NCBI GenBank assembly: GCA_963704725.1
Contig: OY969934.1
Location: forward strand, 2,752,001 to 2,816,000
Source: an uncultured Actinomycetes bacterium
Lineage (GTDB): Bacteria; Actinomycetota; UBA4738; HRBIN12
DNA length: 64,000 nucleotides
Direction of reading: 5' to 3'
Below the pieces are notes generated by a model, which did no database searches, was not told the origin of the DNA, and saw nothing but the letters and a program-made list of their open reading frames with translations. A program made the translations under genes and the position numbers. How positions within the stretch are numbered: position 1 is the first letter of the stretch; every line of letters starts with the position of its first letter. Of this stretch, positions 42,313 through 52,181 are shown piece by piece.

Positions 42313-43686
42313 TCAGGCCTCGCAGGAGTGGACCTGGTTGGTGCCCGGGCCACCGCTGCAGGTGTCCTCGGCCGGCCCGCCCCGCAGGGCGTCGTTCCCG
42401 GGTCCGCCGAACAGCACGTCGTCGCCGCCCCCGCCGCGCATGGTGTCGTTGCCCGATCCCCCGCGCATGGTGTCGTTGCCGGCTTGGCCGGCGATGCCGT
42501 CGTTGCCGGCCCCCCCGAGGAGCCGGTCATCCCCGTCGCCGCCGAGGAGGTGGTCGTTGCCGCCACCGCCGCGGATGGCGTCCACGCCCGGGCCGCCGAT
42601 GATCTGATTGGCGCCGCCGTCACCGACGAGGCTGTCGCCGAAGTTCGACCCGAGGACGTTTTCGACGCCGGTCAGCGCGTCAGCGCCGTGTCCACCGCTC
42701 GATGTGCCGGCCTCGAGGTCCACCGTGACCGCCGACTCGGCGAGCAGGTAGCCGGCGGCGTCGATCCCGCCGAGCCCGTCGATGGTGTCGTCGCCCTCGA
42801 GCCCCGTGAGGACGTTGTCCCCCTCGTCGCCGATCAGAGTGTCGGCGAAGGCGGAGCCCGTCACGTTCTCCAACCCGACCAGCGTGTCGGCTCCGTCGCC
42901 GCCGCTCGTCGTCCCGGCGTCGAGACTGACCGAGACCCCCGCCGGGGCGCCGAAGAAGCTAGCCGTGTCCACGCCAGGACCGCCGTCGAGATGATCCGCC
43001 CCCAGGCCGCCGTTGAGGATGTCGTTTCCCGGACCACCCGTCAGAGAGTCGTCTCCGGCCCCACCCCGCAAAGCGAGCCGGCCGTCCACGAAGGCTCCAC
43101 CCGTTCCCTCGCCTCCCGCGCCTGAGAGCAGGTCGTTGTCCGCGTTGCCCTCGACGTTGAGCCTCTCCGCGCCCGCGACCGTGACGTCGACGTCGTCGGC
43201 CGCCTCCCCCGCGTTGAGGTTCACGCCGTCGACGCCCACCACAAGATGATCGCCCGCCACCCCACCGGCGATCGTGAGGTTGTCGTCCTCACCGCCGCCC
43301 AGGTCCACGGCGAACTCGATCTCGGAACTCCCATCCGGTTCCGCCGTGGCTCCCGGCGCGAATGGACCACCGGCGAGGCTGATCCGGAACTCCTGGGTCC
43401 CGTCGTCGCCGCTCACGACGACCGTGTCGGTCGTCGTGACCGCGGCCGTTCCGCACCGAACGGCGGTCGCCTCCCCGACGCCGAAGAGGATCATCCCCTC
43501 GTCCGCACCCGTCCCCACCACCAGTCTCGCGGTATCCCCGTCTGCGGGCAGGGTGACGGTCACCGAGCCGTCCGCGAACCCGCACGTTGCCGTCGCCGCC
43601 GCCGGGACGGCAGTCATCGCCGCGAGGAGTACGACCACGACCGCCGTCACCGACCACGCGGCTCGTCTGACGCCACGTCCACTCAT
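42313..43686 (-). CDS. Secreted calcium-binding protein with RTX/hemolysin-type repeats
   Basis: Signal peptide, many GGxGxDxL nonapeptides, ENVxGSxFxD repeats, ends CEA. Confidence 0.88.
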   Translation of the reverse strand: MSGRGVRRAAWSVTAVVVVLLAAMTAVPAAATATCGFADGSVTVTLPADGDTARLVVGTGADEGMILFGVGEATAVRCGTAAVTTTDTVVVSGDDGTQEFRISLAGGPFAPGATAEPDGSSEIEFAVDLGGGEDDNLTIAGGVAGDHLVVGVDGVNLNAGEAADDVDVTVAGAERLNVEGNADNDLLSGAGGEGTGGAFVDGRLALRGGAGDDSLTGGPGNDILNGGLGADHLDGGPGVDTASFFGAPAGVSVSLDAGTTSGGDGADTLVGLENVTGSAFADTLIGDEGDNVLTGLEGDDTIDGLGGIDAAGYLLAESAVTVDLEAGTSSGGHGADALTGVENVLGSNFGDSLVGDGGANQIIGGPGVDAIRGGGGNDHLLGGDGDDRLLGGAGNDGIAGQAGNDTMRGGSGNDTMRGGGGDDVLFGGPGNDALRGGPAEDTCSGGPGTNQVHSCEA

Positions 43687-43814
43687 CCTGCCCTCCCGTC
43701 TCGAGCCATGGCCCGGAGACAACCTGCCTGCGCCGGAACGCGCCGGGCCGATTCTAGGCGCACGCCGAGGGCGTCCTGGAGAGCGGCGTCTCACCACGGT
43801 CGCTGCGGGCAGGG

Positions 43815-46646
43815 TTATCCGACGTGCGAATCCACGACGACGTCGTCGAAATTGGTCGTCCATGTTCGAGCCGATGTGTCACCGATCTCGACGCGGCCCA
43901 CCGGGGTCGTACCCGTATCGGCGGCCCAGTCGTCGATCACCACGCCACCATCACGGAGGAGATCCCACGTGGTCGACGTTCCGATCGTCCCGCACAGCTC
44001 CACCGAGTGCCACCCAGGCGTCAGGCTTCCACTCGCGCTCCGCTGCACGCCGGACACGTCGGACTTCACGAAGAGCGTTCCGTTGGCGCTGAGGAACACG
44101 CGCGCGACGGGTCCGTTGGTCGCCGTCCGGAGCCGCATGACGACGATGGGTTCCGCCGCATGGCTCTCGACGTTCAGCGAGAGGCTCATGCAGACGGTGC
44201 TCTGGGGAGCTGCGAGATTCACGGCCGCAAACGCGCTCTGTCCGGCGACCGATCCCCGTGCGCTCGGCGGGGTCGTCGCCCCGTTCCCGGGATCGATCGT
44301 CAGGCGTGTGACGGTCGTCCAGGCCCCGAATCCGGCGCTCGAGAAGTCGTCGGCGAAGAACGCGGCGACCGTGGTGATGGGATCCGAAGAGGCACTCGCC
44401 GGGCCGGTGTTGTCGGACTCGTCCGTGGCGGTGACCATGTACGTGTGCGTGCTCCCCGGAGCGAGCCCCGAGTCATTGAAGCCGACGATGCCGGTCGAGC
44501 TGCTCACCACGGTCCCCACCGGGCTCGCGTCGCCGTCCCGGTAGACCCGATACGTCAACTCGGAGCTCACGTCGTCGGTCGATGCCGCCCATGAGAGGTC
44601 GATCGACGTGCCGGCGTTGCTGACGCCCGTCGGCTTGCCCGGCTGAGTGGGCGGCGTCGTGTCCGCCGCCGGAGCCGACGCGAATGCGAACAGGCCGCGG
44701 GAGGCCCAGTTGTAGCCGTCCACCGCGGGGCCACCGATCACGACGGGAGCGCCGGATGGACTGCCGTTCGCGAAGGCCACCCTCGAGAGGGCGCCGTTCG
44801 ACGAGGCGAAGTAGAGCTGCCCGCTCGACAGTGTCATCCCGCGCACCGCACCCCAATCGACGCCGTCGGCGTTCGTGCTCGAGACGAACAGGCTCGCGCC
44901 GACGATCTCGCTCTCGAAGGTGAAGTAGCGGTAGTACAGCCGCGGATCTCCCTGAACCGTGTAGTAGATCCGAGCGCCGTCGTAGAACATGCCGGTCGCG
45001 TTCTGGAGCTGGGTCGTGAACGCCGGAATCCGGATGGTGGTGCCGGGGATGAAGAAGCCGTTGGGCGGCTGGACGTTGAGCCCGTGCAGGTCGAGCGGGA
45101 TGGCCGGGCCGACCGTGGAACCGTCGAACGTGCGGCGGTAGAGGTTCCCGTCGCTCCACCCCGTGTAGAGCTGGCCGTCGAGAGCCAGCACGCCTCGCGC
45201 CTGCGACCAGTCGACCCCGGTGGGCACCACGGAAGCGGGGCCGAAGGTCGCCCCATCGTATCCGCGACGAACCATGTTCCCGCCCAGCTCGAGGTTGACC
45301 AGGTCGGCCGGGAGTGATGCGGTCTGGGCGACCGGCGGTGTCGATCCCCCCGCGACCGGGAGGAAGGCGAGCTTCTGGCGCGTTTCGTTGGCGAACAGGT
45401 CCGTATCGCTGCCGATCCACAGGCCCTGTGGCGTCGCGAGGAAGGCGAAGACGCCGTTGCCGCGCGAGCGGGTGGGGTCCCACGTGAACGGCATCCCATT
45501 GACCGGGTCGAGGGCGGCGATGCCGACCCGGTCGACGGCGCCCGGCCCGGGGTTGTCGCCGCGGTACGGGTTGTTCTGCCAGCGCTGGTGGCCCCCGGCG
45601 TACACCGCCGTGCCCGTCGCCGCGACCTGGGTGAGACTGTCCCCACCGGTCCAGTCGACCCAGGTCGGGGTGAGCCCGGACCCGGTCGCGGAGGTCTCCC
45701 ACCGCGAGATCGAGTCGCAGAGCCGGTTGGCCCGGTACGCCCCCGTGGTTCCGATCACGAAGTAGGAGCCATCCGGGGAGAAGTCCACGTCCCGCATATA
45801 GGTGTCGTAGGTCGGAGAGCACCACGAGGTGGTGGTGTTGGGGACGACCTGGGGGTACATGTCGGTCTGCCAGTTCGCGATCGTGGCGGACGTCGGGCCG
45901 AGGTCGAACATGACGATCTGCTTGTGGTCCGTTCCGCTGACCCGCTGGAAGTTGCCGATGGCGATCATCCGGGAGCCGTCCGGCGTGATGTCGAAGTTCA
46001 GGACGCGCTCCTTGTTACCGGTCCGAGGATCCGTGAAGGAGAAGTTCAGGTAGCTCGTGTCGACGTTGCCGGTCGTTGGGTCGAGCGTCGCCAGCGCCTG
46101 GATCGGAACCCCGCGGATGGCGGTGAACGATCCCGCCACGAACAGCCGATTGCCACGAAGTGCCATGTCGTGGACGAAACCGCCGGTGTTGGCGTTGAAC
46201 GCGGTGATCACCTGGCCCGTCGAGACGTTCAGCTTGACGATCTTGCGGCGGCTGACGCCGTTCACCGTGTTGAAGGCCCCGCTCGCGTAGACCGACCCGT
46301 CCGGCGCAGGCAGGAGCGCCAAGACCTTCGCATCGAGCACCGGCGCGAAGGTCAGGCTGATGACCCCCGTGGTGGCGTTGAAGGCGAACAGGTACGTCCG
46401 GGTCAGAGTCGTCGAGCTCCCTGCCTCCCGGACCTGGGTGAAGTCGCCCCCGACGACGATCGTGTCGCCGATCTGGACGATCGCGTTCACCTGCCCCCCG
46501 GCGGTCAGGACGTTCGGCGTCCAGTTCACAGGGTTGTCGCTCACGACGACGCCGTGAGGCGTATCCGTGGCCTCCGCCGCGACCGGCACCAGCCCCACCG
46601 CGGCAACGAGGCACACCACAGGCATCAACAACCGGCGTCGCACCAT
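43815..46646 (-). CDS. Large secreted protein: beta-propeller repeats (delta-60-like) + Fn3 + shared C-terminal beta-sandwich domain
   Basis: Signal peptide, repeated VGGxFT units, DTTPPTQPG..WAASTDD Fn3, C-terminal FADDF...DDVVV domain. Confidence 0.8.
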   Translation of the reverse strand: MVRRRLLMPVVCLVAAVGLVPVAAEATDTPHGVVVSDNPVNWTPNVLTAGGQVNAIVQIGDTIVVGGDFTQVREAGSSTTLTRTYLFAFNATTGVISLTFAPVLDAKVLALLPAPDGSVYASGAFNTVNGVSRRKIVKLNVSTGQVITAFNANTGGFVHDMALRGNRLFVAGSFTAIRGVPIQALATLDPTTGNVDTSYLNFSFTDPRTGNKERVLNFDITPDGSRMIAIGNFQRVSGTDHKQIVMFDLGPTSATIANWQTDMYPQVVPNTTTSWCSPTYDTYMRDVDFSPDGSYFVIGTTGAYRANRLCDSISRWETSATGSGLTPTWVDWTGGDSLTQVAATGTAVYAGGHQRWQNNPYRGDNPGPGAVDRVGIAALDPVNGMPFTWDPTRSRGNGVFAFLATPQGLWIGSDTDLFANETRQKLAFLPVAGGSTPPVAQTASLPADLVNLELGGNMVRRGYDGATFGPASVVPTGVDWSQARGVLALDGQLYTGWSDGNLYRRTFDGSTVGPAIPLDLHGLNVQPPNGFFIPGTTIRIPAFTTQLQNATGMFYDGARIYYTVQGDPRLYYRYFTFESEIVGASLFVSSTNADGVDWGAVRGMTLSSGQLYFASSNGALSRVAFANGSPSGAPVVIGGPAVDGYNWASRGLFAFASAPAADTTPPTQPGKPTGVSNAGTSIDLSWAASTDDVSSELTYRVYRDGDASPVGTVVSSSTGIVGFNDSGLAPGSTHTYMVTATDESDNTGPASASSDPITTVAAFFADDFSSAGFGAWTTVTRLTIDPGNGATTPPSARGSVAGQSAFAAVNLAAPQSTVCMSLSLNVESHAAEPIVVMRLRTATNGPVARVFLSANGTLFVKSDVSGVQRSASGSLTPGWHSVELCGTIGTSTTWDLLRDGGVVIDDWAADTGTTPVGRVEIGDTSARTWTTNFDDVVVDSHVG

Positions 46647-46918
46647 CCCGATCGGATCCTCCTCGAGTTCGAAATCCAGCCGCCGGGCGTTCGGAGGGCA
46701 CACCGCCGACTCCCGGGCCGTTCAACGTAGCTCGGGTGCCACTCAAACACATCCGTCGTTTGGACTACGGGCATGTGTCGTTTTGACCACCTTTCGGCGC
46801 ACGCCGGGACTCGTGAGCCCGGTGAACTCACCACCGGTGGAGCCGCGGCGCGGTGGACCGGAGGCCGGCCAGGAGCATAGGGTGGCCGCCGGGCGCAGCC
46901 ACGACGGGGGGAGCCGCC

Positions 46919-49108
46919 ATGGGAACGGACAGCGAGGCGCGGTCCAAGCGGTACGGGTCGGGGTTCGGATGGCCGCAGCGCCGGAGGTGGATGGGCCTCG
47001 CCTCCGCGATCCTGATCGGCAGCCTCACCCTCGTCGCCTCGCCGACGAAGAGCGGCGCGGCGCAACAGTGCGGTGCCTCGGCCGGATACAGCATCTGCCT
47101 GAACGTCCCGACCGGCACCCTGAGCGGGGACGTCACCATCTCGGTCACCGTGAACGGATCCACCGCCGGCATCAGCGAGATGATCTTCTCGTGGGGGGCG
47201 ACCGCCTCGAACGCCAACCAGCTCCTCAGCGACTTCGAGGCTCCCTACACGTTCGTGTGGCGAACGTCTCAGTACCTCGACGCGACCCAGTTCGTGAACG
47301 CCCGCGTGGAGCGCGGCGGCACGACGGTCGGCGCGCCGGTGGCGCTGCAGACGACCCTCGAGAACGGGAACGACGCCAGCGTGCCGCAGAGTCCGGCGGA
47401 CTGGAGCCAGCTGTTCTCCCCGCGACCCGCGTCCGGGGATCCCGTGGTCGCGGCCGCCGGCGACGGGGGCGACGGAACCACGCGATCCAACGCCCTCGCC
47501 GCATCTGTCGGGGCATCGGAGGCATCGGTCCTGCTGTACCTCGGCGACCTCTACGAGCGGGGGACGGCGGCGGAGTTCGACTTCAACTACGGGCGTTCGT
47601 CGTTCGAAGCGGGCGCGCGCCAGTGGGGAGCTCTCGCCCGGTGGACCAAGCCGACCCTCGGCAATCACGAGGGATTCAACATCCCGACCTGGCGCAACTA
47701 CTGGCACGGCCGCCCGAACTGGGAAACGTTCGTCTACGGCGGCGTCCGGTTCTTCGACCTCAACAGCGAATGCAACCGTGTCGGCGGCTGCGGGACGGCG
47801 AGCGCGCAGTATCGATTCGTGGCCAACGCGCTCGCGGCCAACACGCAGAGCTGCATCGTCGCCTTCTGGCATCGCCCGGTCCTCAGCGTGTGGCAGGACA
47901 CCCCGACGATGGAACCGCTCTGGAAGCTGCTCGCCGACAACGGCGGCGACCTGGTTCTCGACGGTCACGACCACACAGCGCTGCGAACCGCCCCCCTGAA
48001 CGCCGCGCTCCAGGTGGGGCAGCCCGACTCCCACATGGTCCAGCTCACGGTGGGAACGGCCGGACACCAGCTCACGTCCGTGTCGGACAACGACCCACGG
48101 TACGCGTGGCACCTGACGGGCACGGCCGGCGCCGCCTACCTCACGCTCGTCGGCGGAGCATCCGGCCAGGCCGGCCGACTCGACGTAGAGTTCCGCAACC
48201 AGACCGGTGCGGTCGCCCCCGGCTCGGCGTTCAGCGTCGACTGTGGAGGTGCCCCGGACGTCTCACCGCCGAGCGTCCCCGGAACGCCTGTGGGATCGAG
48301 CACAACCCAGGGCGCGATCGACCTGATCTGGGCGGCCTCCACGGACGATCGCGCGACCGCCATCACCTACCGCGTCTACCGCGACGACGGGTCCCTTCCC
48401 GTCGGAAGCGTCACGAGCGCGTCGAGCTCGACCGTCTCGTTCACCGACTCGGAGCTGGCGGGCGGATCCACCCACACGTATCGGGTCGACGCGGGCGACG
48501 GCAGCAACTGGAGCGACCCGAGCGCCGCATCGGATCCGATCACCGTCGTGGAGGCTCCCGGCCCGGTCTTCCAGGACGGCTTCGACGCCGGTCTGGCCCA
48601 GTGGACGAGCGTCACGAACCTGACGGTGGACGCCGCGAACTTCCCGCCGAGCGGCTCGGCGCCGAGCGTGCGGGCCTCGGTGAGCAACCTCCGGGCCTTC
48701 GCCTACCACGACCTCGGCGCGTCCTATCCCTCGCTCTGCGCGAGCGAGGCCGTGAACCTGTCCTCGATCTCGGGCAGCGCCGTGGCGCTGCTGAAGATGC
48801 GCACGGCCACGAACCAGTCCGTGGGCCGGGTGTTCGCCAATCCCTCCCGCGTCCTGCACGTGCGTGCGGACATCCCGGGGATCACGTTCTCCTCCGGCGT
48901 CGCGCTGCCCGCAGGCTGGAGCACGGTCCGTCTGTGCGGTGTCGTCGGGACGTCGGGGACCTGGACGCTGTTCCTGAACGGCTCGCAGATCGGCTCATGG
49001 AGCGCGAACAACGGCACCGCGCCGATCACGCGGGTGCAGATCGGCGACGACGCCGCCAAGACCGTCACGCTCAACATCGATGACGTGGTGGTGACCGACG
49101 CCGTCTGA
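46919..49108 (+). CDS. Secreted metallophosphoesterase with Ig-like, Fn3 and shared C-terminal domains
   Basis: AGD, LGDLY, GNHE, WHRP, GHDH calcineurin-like motifs; signal peptide. Confidence 0.85.
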   Translation: MGTDSEARSKRYGSGFGWPQRRRWMGLASAILIGSLTLVASPTKSGAAQQCGASAGYSICLNVPTGTLSGDVTISVTVNGSTAGISEMIFSWGATASNANQLLSDFEAPYTFVWRTSQYLDATQFVNARVERGGTTVGAPVALQTTLENGNDASVPQSPADWSQLFSPRPASGDPVVAAAGDGGDGTTRSNALAASVGASEASVLLYLGDLYERGTAAEFDFNYGRSSFEAGARQWGALARWTKPTLGNHEGFNIPTWRNYWHGRPNWETFVYGGVRFFDLNSECNRVGGCGTASAQYRFVANALAANTQSCIVAFWHRPVLSVWQDTPTMEPLWKLLADNGGDLVLDGHDHTALRTAPLNAALQVGQPDSHMVQLTVGTAGHQLTSVSDNDPRYAWHLTGTAGAAYLTLVGGASGQAGRLDVEFRNQTGAVAPGSAFSVDCGGAPDVSPPSVPGTPVGSSTTQGAIDLIWAASTDDRATAITYRVYRDDGSLPVGSVTSASSSTVSFTDSELAGGSTHTYRVDAGDGSNWSDPSAASDPITVVEAPGPVFQDGFDAGLAQWTSVTNLTVDAANFPPSGSAPSVRASVSNLRAFAYHDLGASYPSLCASEAVNLSSISGSAVALLKMRTATNQSVGRVFANPSRVLHVRADIPGITFSSGVALPAGWSTVRLCGVVGTSGTWTLFLNGSQIGSWSANNGTAPITRVQIGDDAAKTVTLNIDDVVVTDAV
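48557..49108 (+). repeat. 552-bp direct repeat, copy 1
   Basis: No mismatch found by eye versus 51612-52163 (offset 3055); ends exactly at the stop codon. Confidence 0.92.
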
Positions 49109-49177
49109 GACGGCCCGGTCCCCGGGCATGCGGGCAGTATGGTTACGCGGCGATCGCCTTCTCCGGTGCGTCGGGGC

Positions 49178-50209
49178 TCACGGTTTCGGAGACCTCGTCG
49201 GCGTCGGTGAGGGCGACGGGTTCGGTGAGGACCCCTGCACGAAGTGGGGGTCGCGACCCATCTGGCCGAACGCGTTCAGGGCCGAGGTCGAGCTCCGGAC
49301 TCGCCAGTCATACTCGCGCCTGCTGTCGAAGTACACGACCGCCCGTATGTTGGGGAACTGCGTCTTCAAGGCGTCGCGCGCTGCGAGGAACCACGCGGCC
49401 TTGTCGCCGGCGTTCCGCTCCAAGACGCCGTACTCCGCGATCAGCAGCGGCTTGCCGCGCGCGGTTCCCCAGTCATAGAAGGACTGGAAGATCGTGGCGA
49501 AGCTCCGCCACGGGTCGCCGGCCCGGCCGGGCGCCCAGTTGTAGCCGTCGGAGCAGATCCAGTCGACGAAGGAGTCGCCGGGGTAGTACGGCTGCGCCGC
49601 TCCGCTCTGGAACCCGTAGGCGGTGGGGCACCACGCCCAGCTCACGTTGGTCGCGCCCCGCGCCCGGAAGATCGAGACGATGTGCTTCCAGGCGGCGACG
49701 AACTTCGTCGGCGACTTGGACCAGCTCGCGTTCGACGTTCCGTCCATCTCCGATCCCCAGCGGATGAACACCGGCCGCCCCAGCGCCGCCACGGCGTCGG
49801 CGCGGGCACGGATCCACGCGTCTTGGGAGCCGCCGTTGATGGCGTCCGTGTCGAAGCCCTTCCACGCGATGAGGGGGATCCGTCCCCCGTTGAGCTGCCA
49901 GCTCTCCCACCATCCGGGGAACGAGCCGTTCCACCGGTAGAAGAGTTGAGCGATGTCGAGCCCTCGGCCGATGTCGCGCTCGAGGTTGAGATAGGCGTTC
50001 CGTTGGTCGGCCGCCGTCCACGTGCTGACGGGGGGCGTGTACGTGCCGAAATATGCCTTGCCCGGAGCCGGCAGCGCAACGGCGGCCGACGTCGCTTTGG
50101 CGCTCGTCAGCCACCGCGATCCGACGGGCGAGACGACGGCGAACACCAAGAAGAGGATCAGGACAACTCGCTGCCAACTCACCCCACGCACGTCACTTCG
50201 AAGGCTCAT
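49178..50209 (-). CDS. Secreted GH26-like glycoside hydrolase
   Basis: RWGSEMD acid/base, YYPGDSFVDWICSDGYN, IAEYG nucleophile; ends in Pro/Ser/Thr linker. Confidence 0.83.
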   Translation of the reverse strand: MSLRSDVRGVSWQRVVLILFLVFAVVSPVGSRWLTSAKATSAAVALPAPGKAYFGTYTPPVSTWTAADQRNAYLNLERDIGRGLDIAQLFYRWNGSFPGWWESWQLNGGRIPLIAWKGFDTDAINGGSQDAWIRARADAVAALGRPVFIRWGSEMDGTSNASWSKSPTKFVAAWKHIVSIFRARGATNVSWAWCPTAYGFQSGAAQPYYPGDSFVDWICSDGYNWAPGRAGDPWRSFATIFQSFYDWGTARGKPLLIAEYGVLERNAGDKAAWFLAARDALKTQFPNIRAVVYFDSRREYDWRVRSSTSALNAFGQMGRDPHFVQGSSPNPSPSPTPTRSPKP

Positions 50210-50585
50210 CGCGCCCTCCTTTTCGGTGTAGGTCGGATCGATGGATCCGACGCGCCTACCGGGATGATCCTTCTTGCTCCCCCCACCTCCTCATCCTTCC
50301 CCGTCGCCGTGGTGAGCCAAAAGTCCCTCCCGTGCAGGGACCTCTCGGCGCGCGCGCGAAGACATCGAGCCGTCGGGGGGGGGAGGGTTTCGTGCGAACG
50401 CACGAGCTTCACGGATCGCGAGCCGTCGCGGCTACCGCACTGTCGAGCCTTGGAGCCTACGTTCCTGGGCGGTGGGGATGCAAGCATCGCCGCGATACCC
50501 ATCGATGCGGTGCTCCCTCGTGCAATGCTCGTAGGCCCCTTGACCGACGGATGTACCCTGGGTCCGCGGAGAGGGGGATGACGCA

Positions 50586-52163
50586 GTGACCCACGGCGAA
50601 TTCGTCGCACCGGTTCACGCACGCCACCACCGCTTGCGCGGAGCCGTCGTCTTCGTGCTCGGGATGGCGTTGGTCGTCACGTCGACGATCCCGGCGACGG
50701 CCGTCGCGCGGCCGGCCGGCCCGCTCGCTCGCGAATCGGGCGCATGGTTCGGCGCGACCGCGAATCAGAACCTCGCCGACGGCGGATCGGGAACGCGCTC
50801 GGAGGTCCAGGCGCTCGAGACCGACCTCGGCAGGAAGATCGACGTCGACAGCCGCTTCTACACCTGGAACCAGCAGATGCCCTCCGCCCAGGAGGCATGG
50901 GATCTCGCGAACGGCAGGATCCCGATGCTCACGTGGGGCAAACCCGACGTCCTCACGATCACGTCGGGGTCCCAGGACGTCTGGATCCGGGCGCAGGCGC
51001 AGCGTCTCGCCCAGCTGCCGGGTCCGTTCTTCTTCCGATACTGGGCCGAGATGGACGCGGACTCGACTGCGTCGAAGGTTCACTCGCCCTCAGACTTCAT
51101 CGCGGCGTGGCGCCGGGTGCACGACATCTTCGTCCAGGAGGGCGCGACGAACGCCGTATGGGTCTGGTGTCCCACCGCGTGGAAGTTCGTGACGGGCGGC
51201 CCGTTTCCCCCCGTCTTCTATCCGGGAGACGCCTACGTCGACTGGGTCGCGGCGGACGGGTACAACTGGGCCCCGAACAAGCCGGGCACGCAGTGGCGGT
51301 CGTTCGCCCAGATCTTCCAGGCCTTCTACGACTGGGCCGCCACCGCGGGGAAGCCGATCATGATCGCGGAGACGGGGGTCCTCGAGCGCAATCCGGGCGA
51401 CAAGGCAGCGTGGATCACCGATGCGCGGAACATCCTGGAGACGAGCTTCGCCATGGTGCAGGCCTTCGTGTACTTCGACACGCAGCTCGTCCACTCGGGG
51501 ATCACCTACAACTGGCGCCCCGACTCGTCGACGACCTCGTACAACGCCTTCAAGGCGATGGCCACCGACCCGTACTTCAATCCGGGGTCGGCGCCTCCGC
51601 CCCCGCCACCCCCCGGCCCGGTCTTCCAGGACGGCTTCGACGCCGGTCTGGCCCAGTGGACGAGCGTCACGAACCTGACGGTGGACGCCGCGAACTTCCC
51701 GCCGAGCGGCTCGGCGCCGAGCGTGCGGGCCTCGGTGAGCAACCTCCGGGCCTTCGCCTACCACGACCTCGGCGCGTCCTATCCCTCGCTCTGCGCGAGC
51801 GAGGCCGTGAACCTGTCCTCGATCTCGGGCAGCGCCGTGGCGCTGCTGAAGATGCGCACGGCCACGAACCAGTCCGTGGGCCGGGTGTTCGCCAATCCCT
51901 CCCGCGTCCTGCACGTGCGTGCGGACATCCCGGGGATCACGTTCTCCTCCGGCGTCGCGCTGCCCGCAGGCTGGAGCACGGTCCGTCTGTGCGGTGTCGT
52001 CGGGACGTCGGGGACCTGGACGCTGTTCCTGAACGGCTCGCAGATCGGCTCATGGAGCGCGAACAACGGCACCGCGCCGATCACGCGGGTGCAGATCGGC
52101 GACGACGCCGCCAAGACCGTCACGCTCAACATCGATGACGTGGTGGTGACCGACGCCGTCTGA
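50586..52163 (+). CDS. Secreted GH26-like glycoside hydrolase with shared C-terminal domain
   Basis: RYWAEMD, FYPGDAYVDWVAADGYN, IAETG; poly-Pro linker then the repeated domain. Confidence 0.83.
   Translation: MTHGEFVAPVHARHHRLRGAVVFVLGMALVVTSTIPATAVARPAGPLARESGAWFGATANQNLADGGSGTRSEVQALETDLGRKIDVDSRFYTWNQQMPSAQEAWDLANGRIPMLTWGKPDVLTITSGSQDVWIRAQAQRLAQLPGPFFFRYWAEMDADSTASKVHSPSDFIAAWRRVHDIFVQEGATNAVWVWCPTAWKFVTGGPFPPVFYPGDAYVDWVAADGYNWAPNKPGTQWRSFAQIFQAFYDWAATAGKPIMIAETGVLERNPGDKAAWITDARNILETSFAMVQAFVYFDTQLVHSGITYNWRPDSSTTSYNAFKAMATDPYFNPGSAPPPPPPPGPVFQDGFDAGLAQWTSVTNLTVDAANFPPSGSAPSVRASVSNLRAFAYHDLGASYPSLCASEAVNLSSISGSAVALLKMRTATNQSVGRVFANPSRVLHVRADIPGITFSSGVALPAGWSTVRLCGVVGTSGTWTLFLNGSQIGSWSANNGTAPITRVQIGDDAAKTVTLNIDDVVVTDAV
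51612..52163 (+). repeat. 552-bp direct repeat, copy 2
   Basis: Matches 48557-49108. Confidence 0.92.
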
Positions 52164-52181
52164 CGTATCGTGGGCGCCGAC

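Noticed and set aside
46737-46786. AT-richer imperfect palindrome between divergent secreted-protein genes as a cyclic-dinucleotide riboswitch
   Set aside because: Lacks c-di-GMP and c-di-AMP consensus elements; more likely promoter or operator DNA, unassignable
48557-52163. Diversity-generating retroelement template/variable repeat pair
   Set aside because: The copies show no adenine-specific mismatches, are much longer than typical TR/VR, and no reverse transcriptase is present
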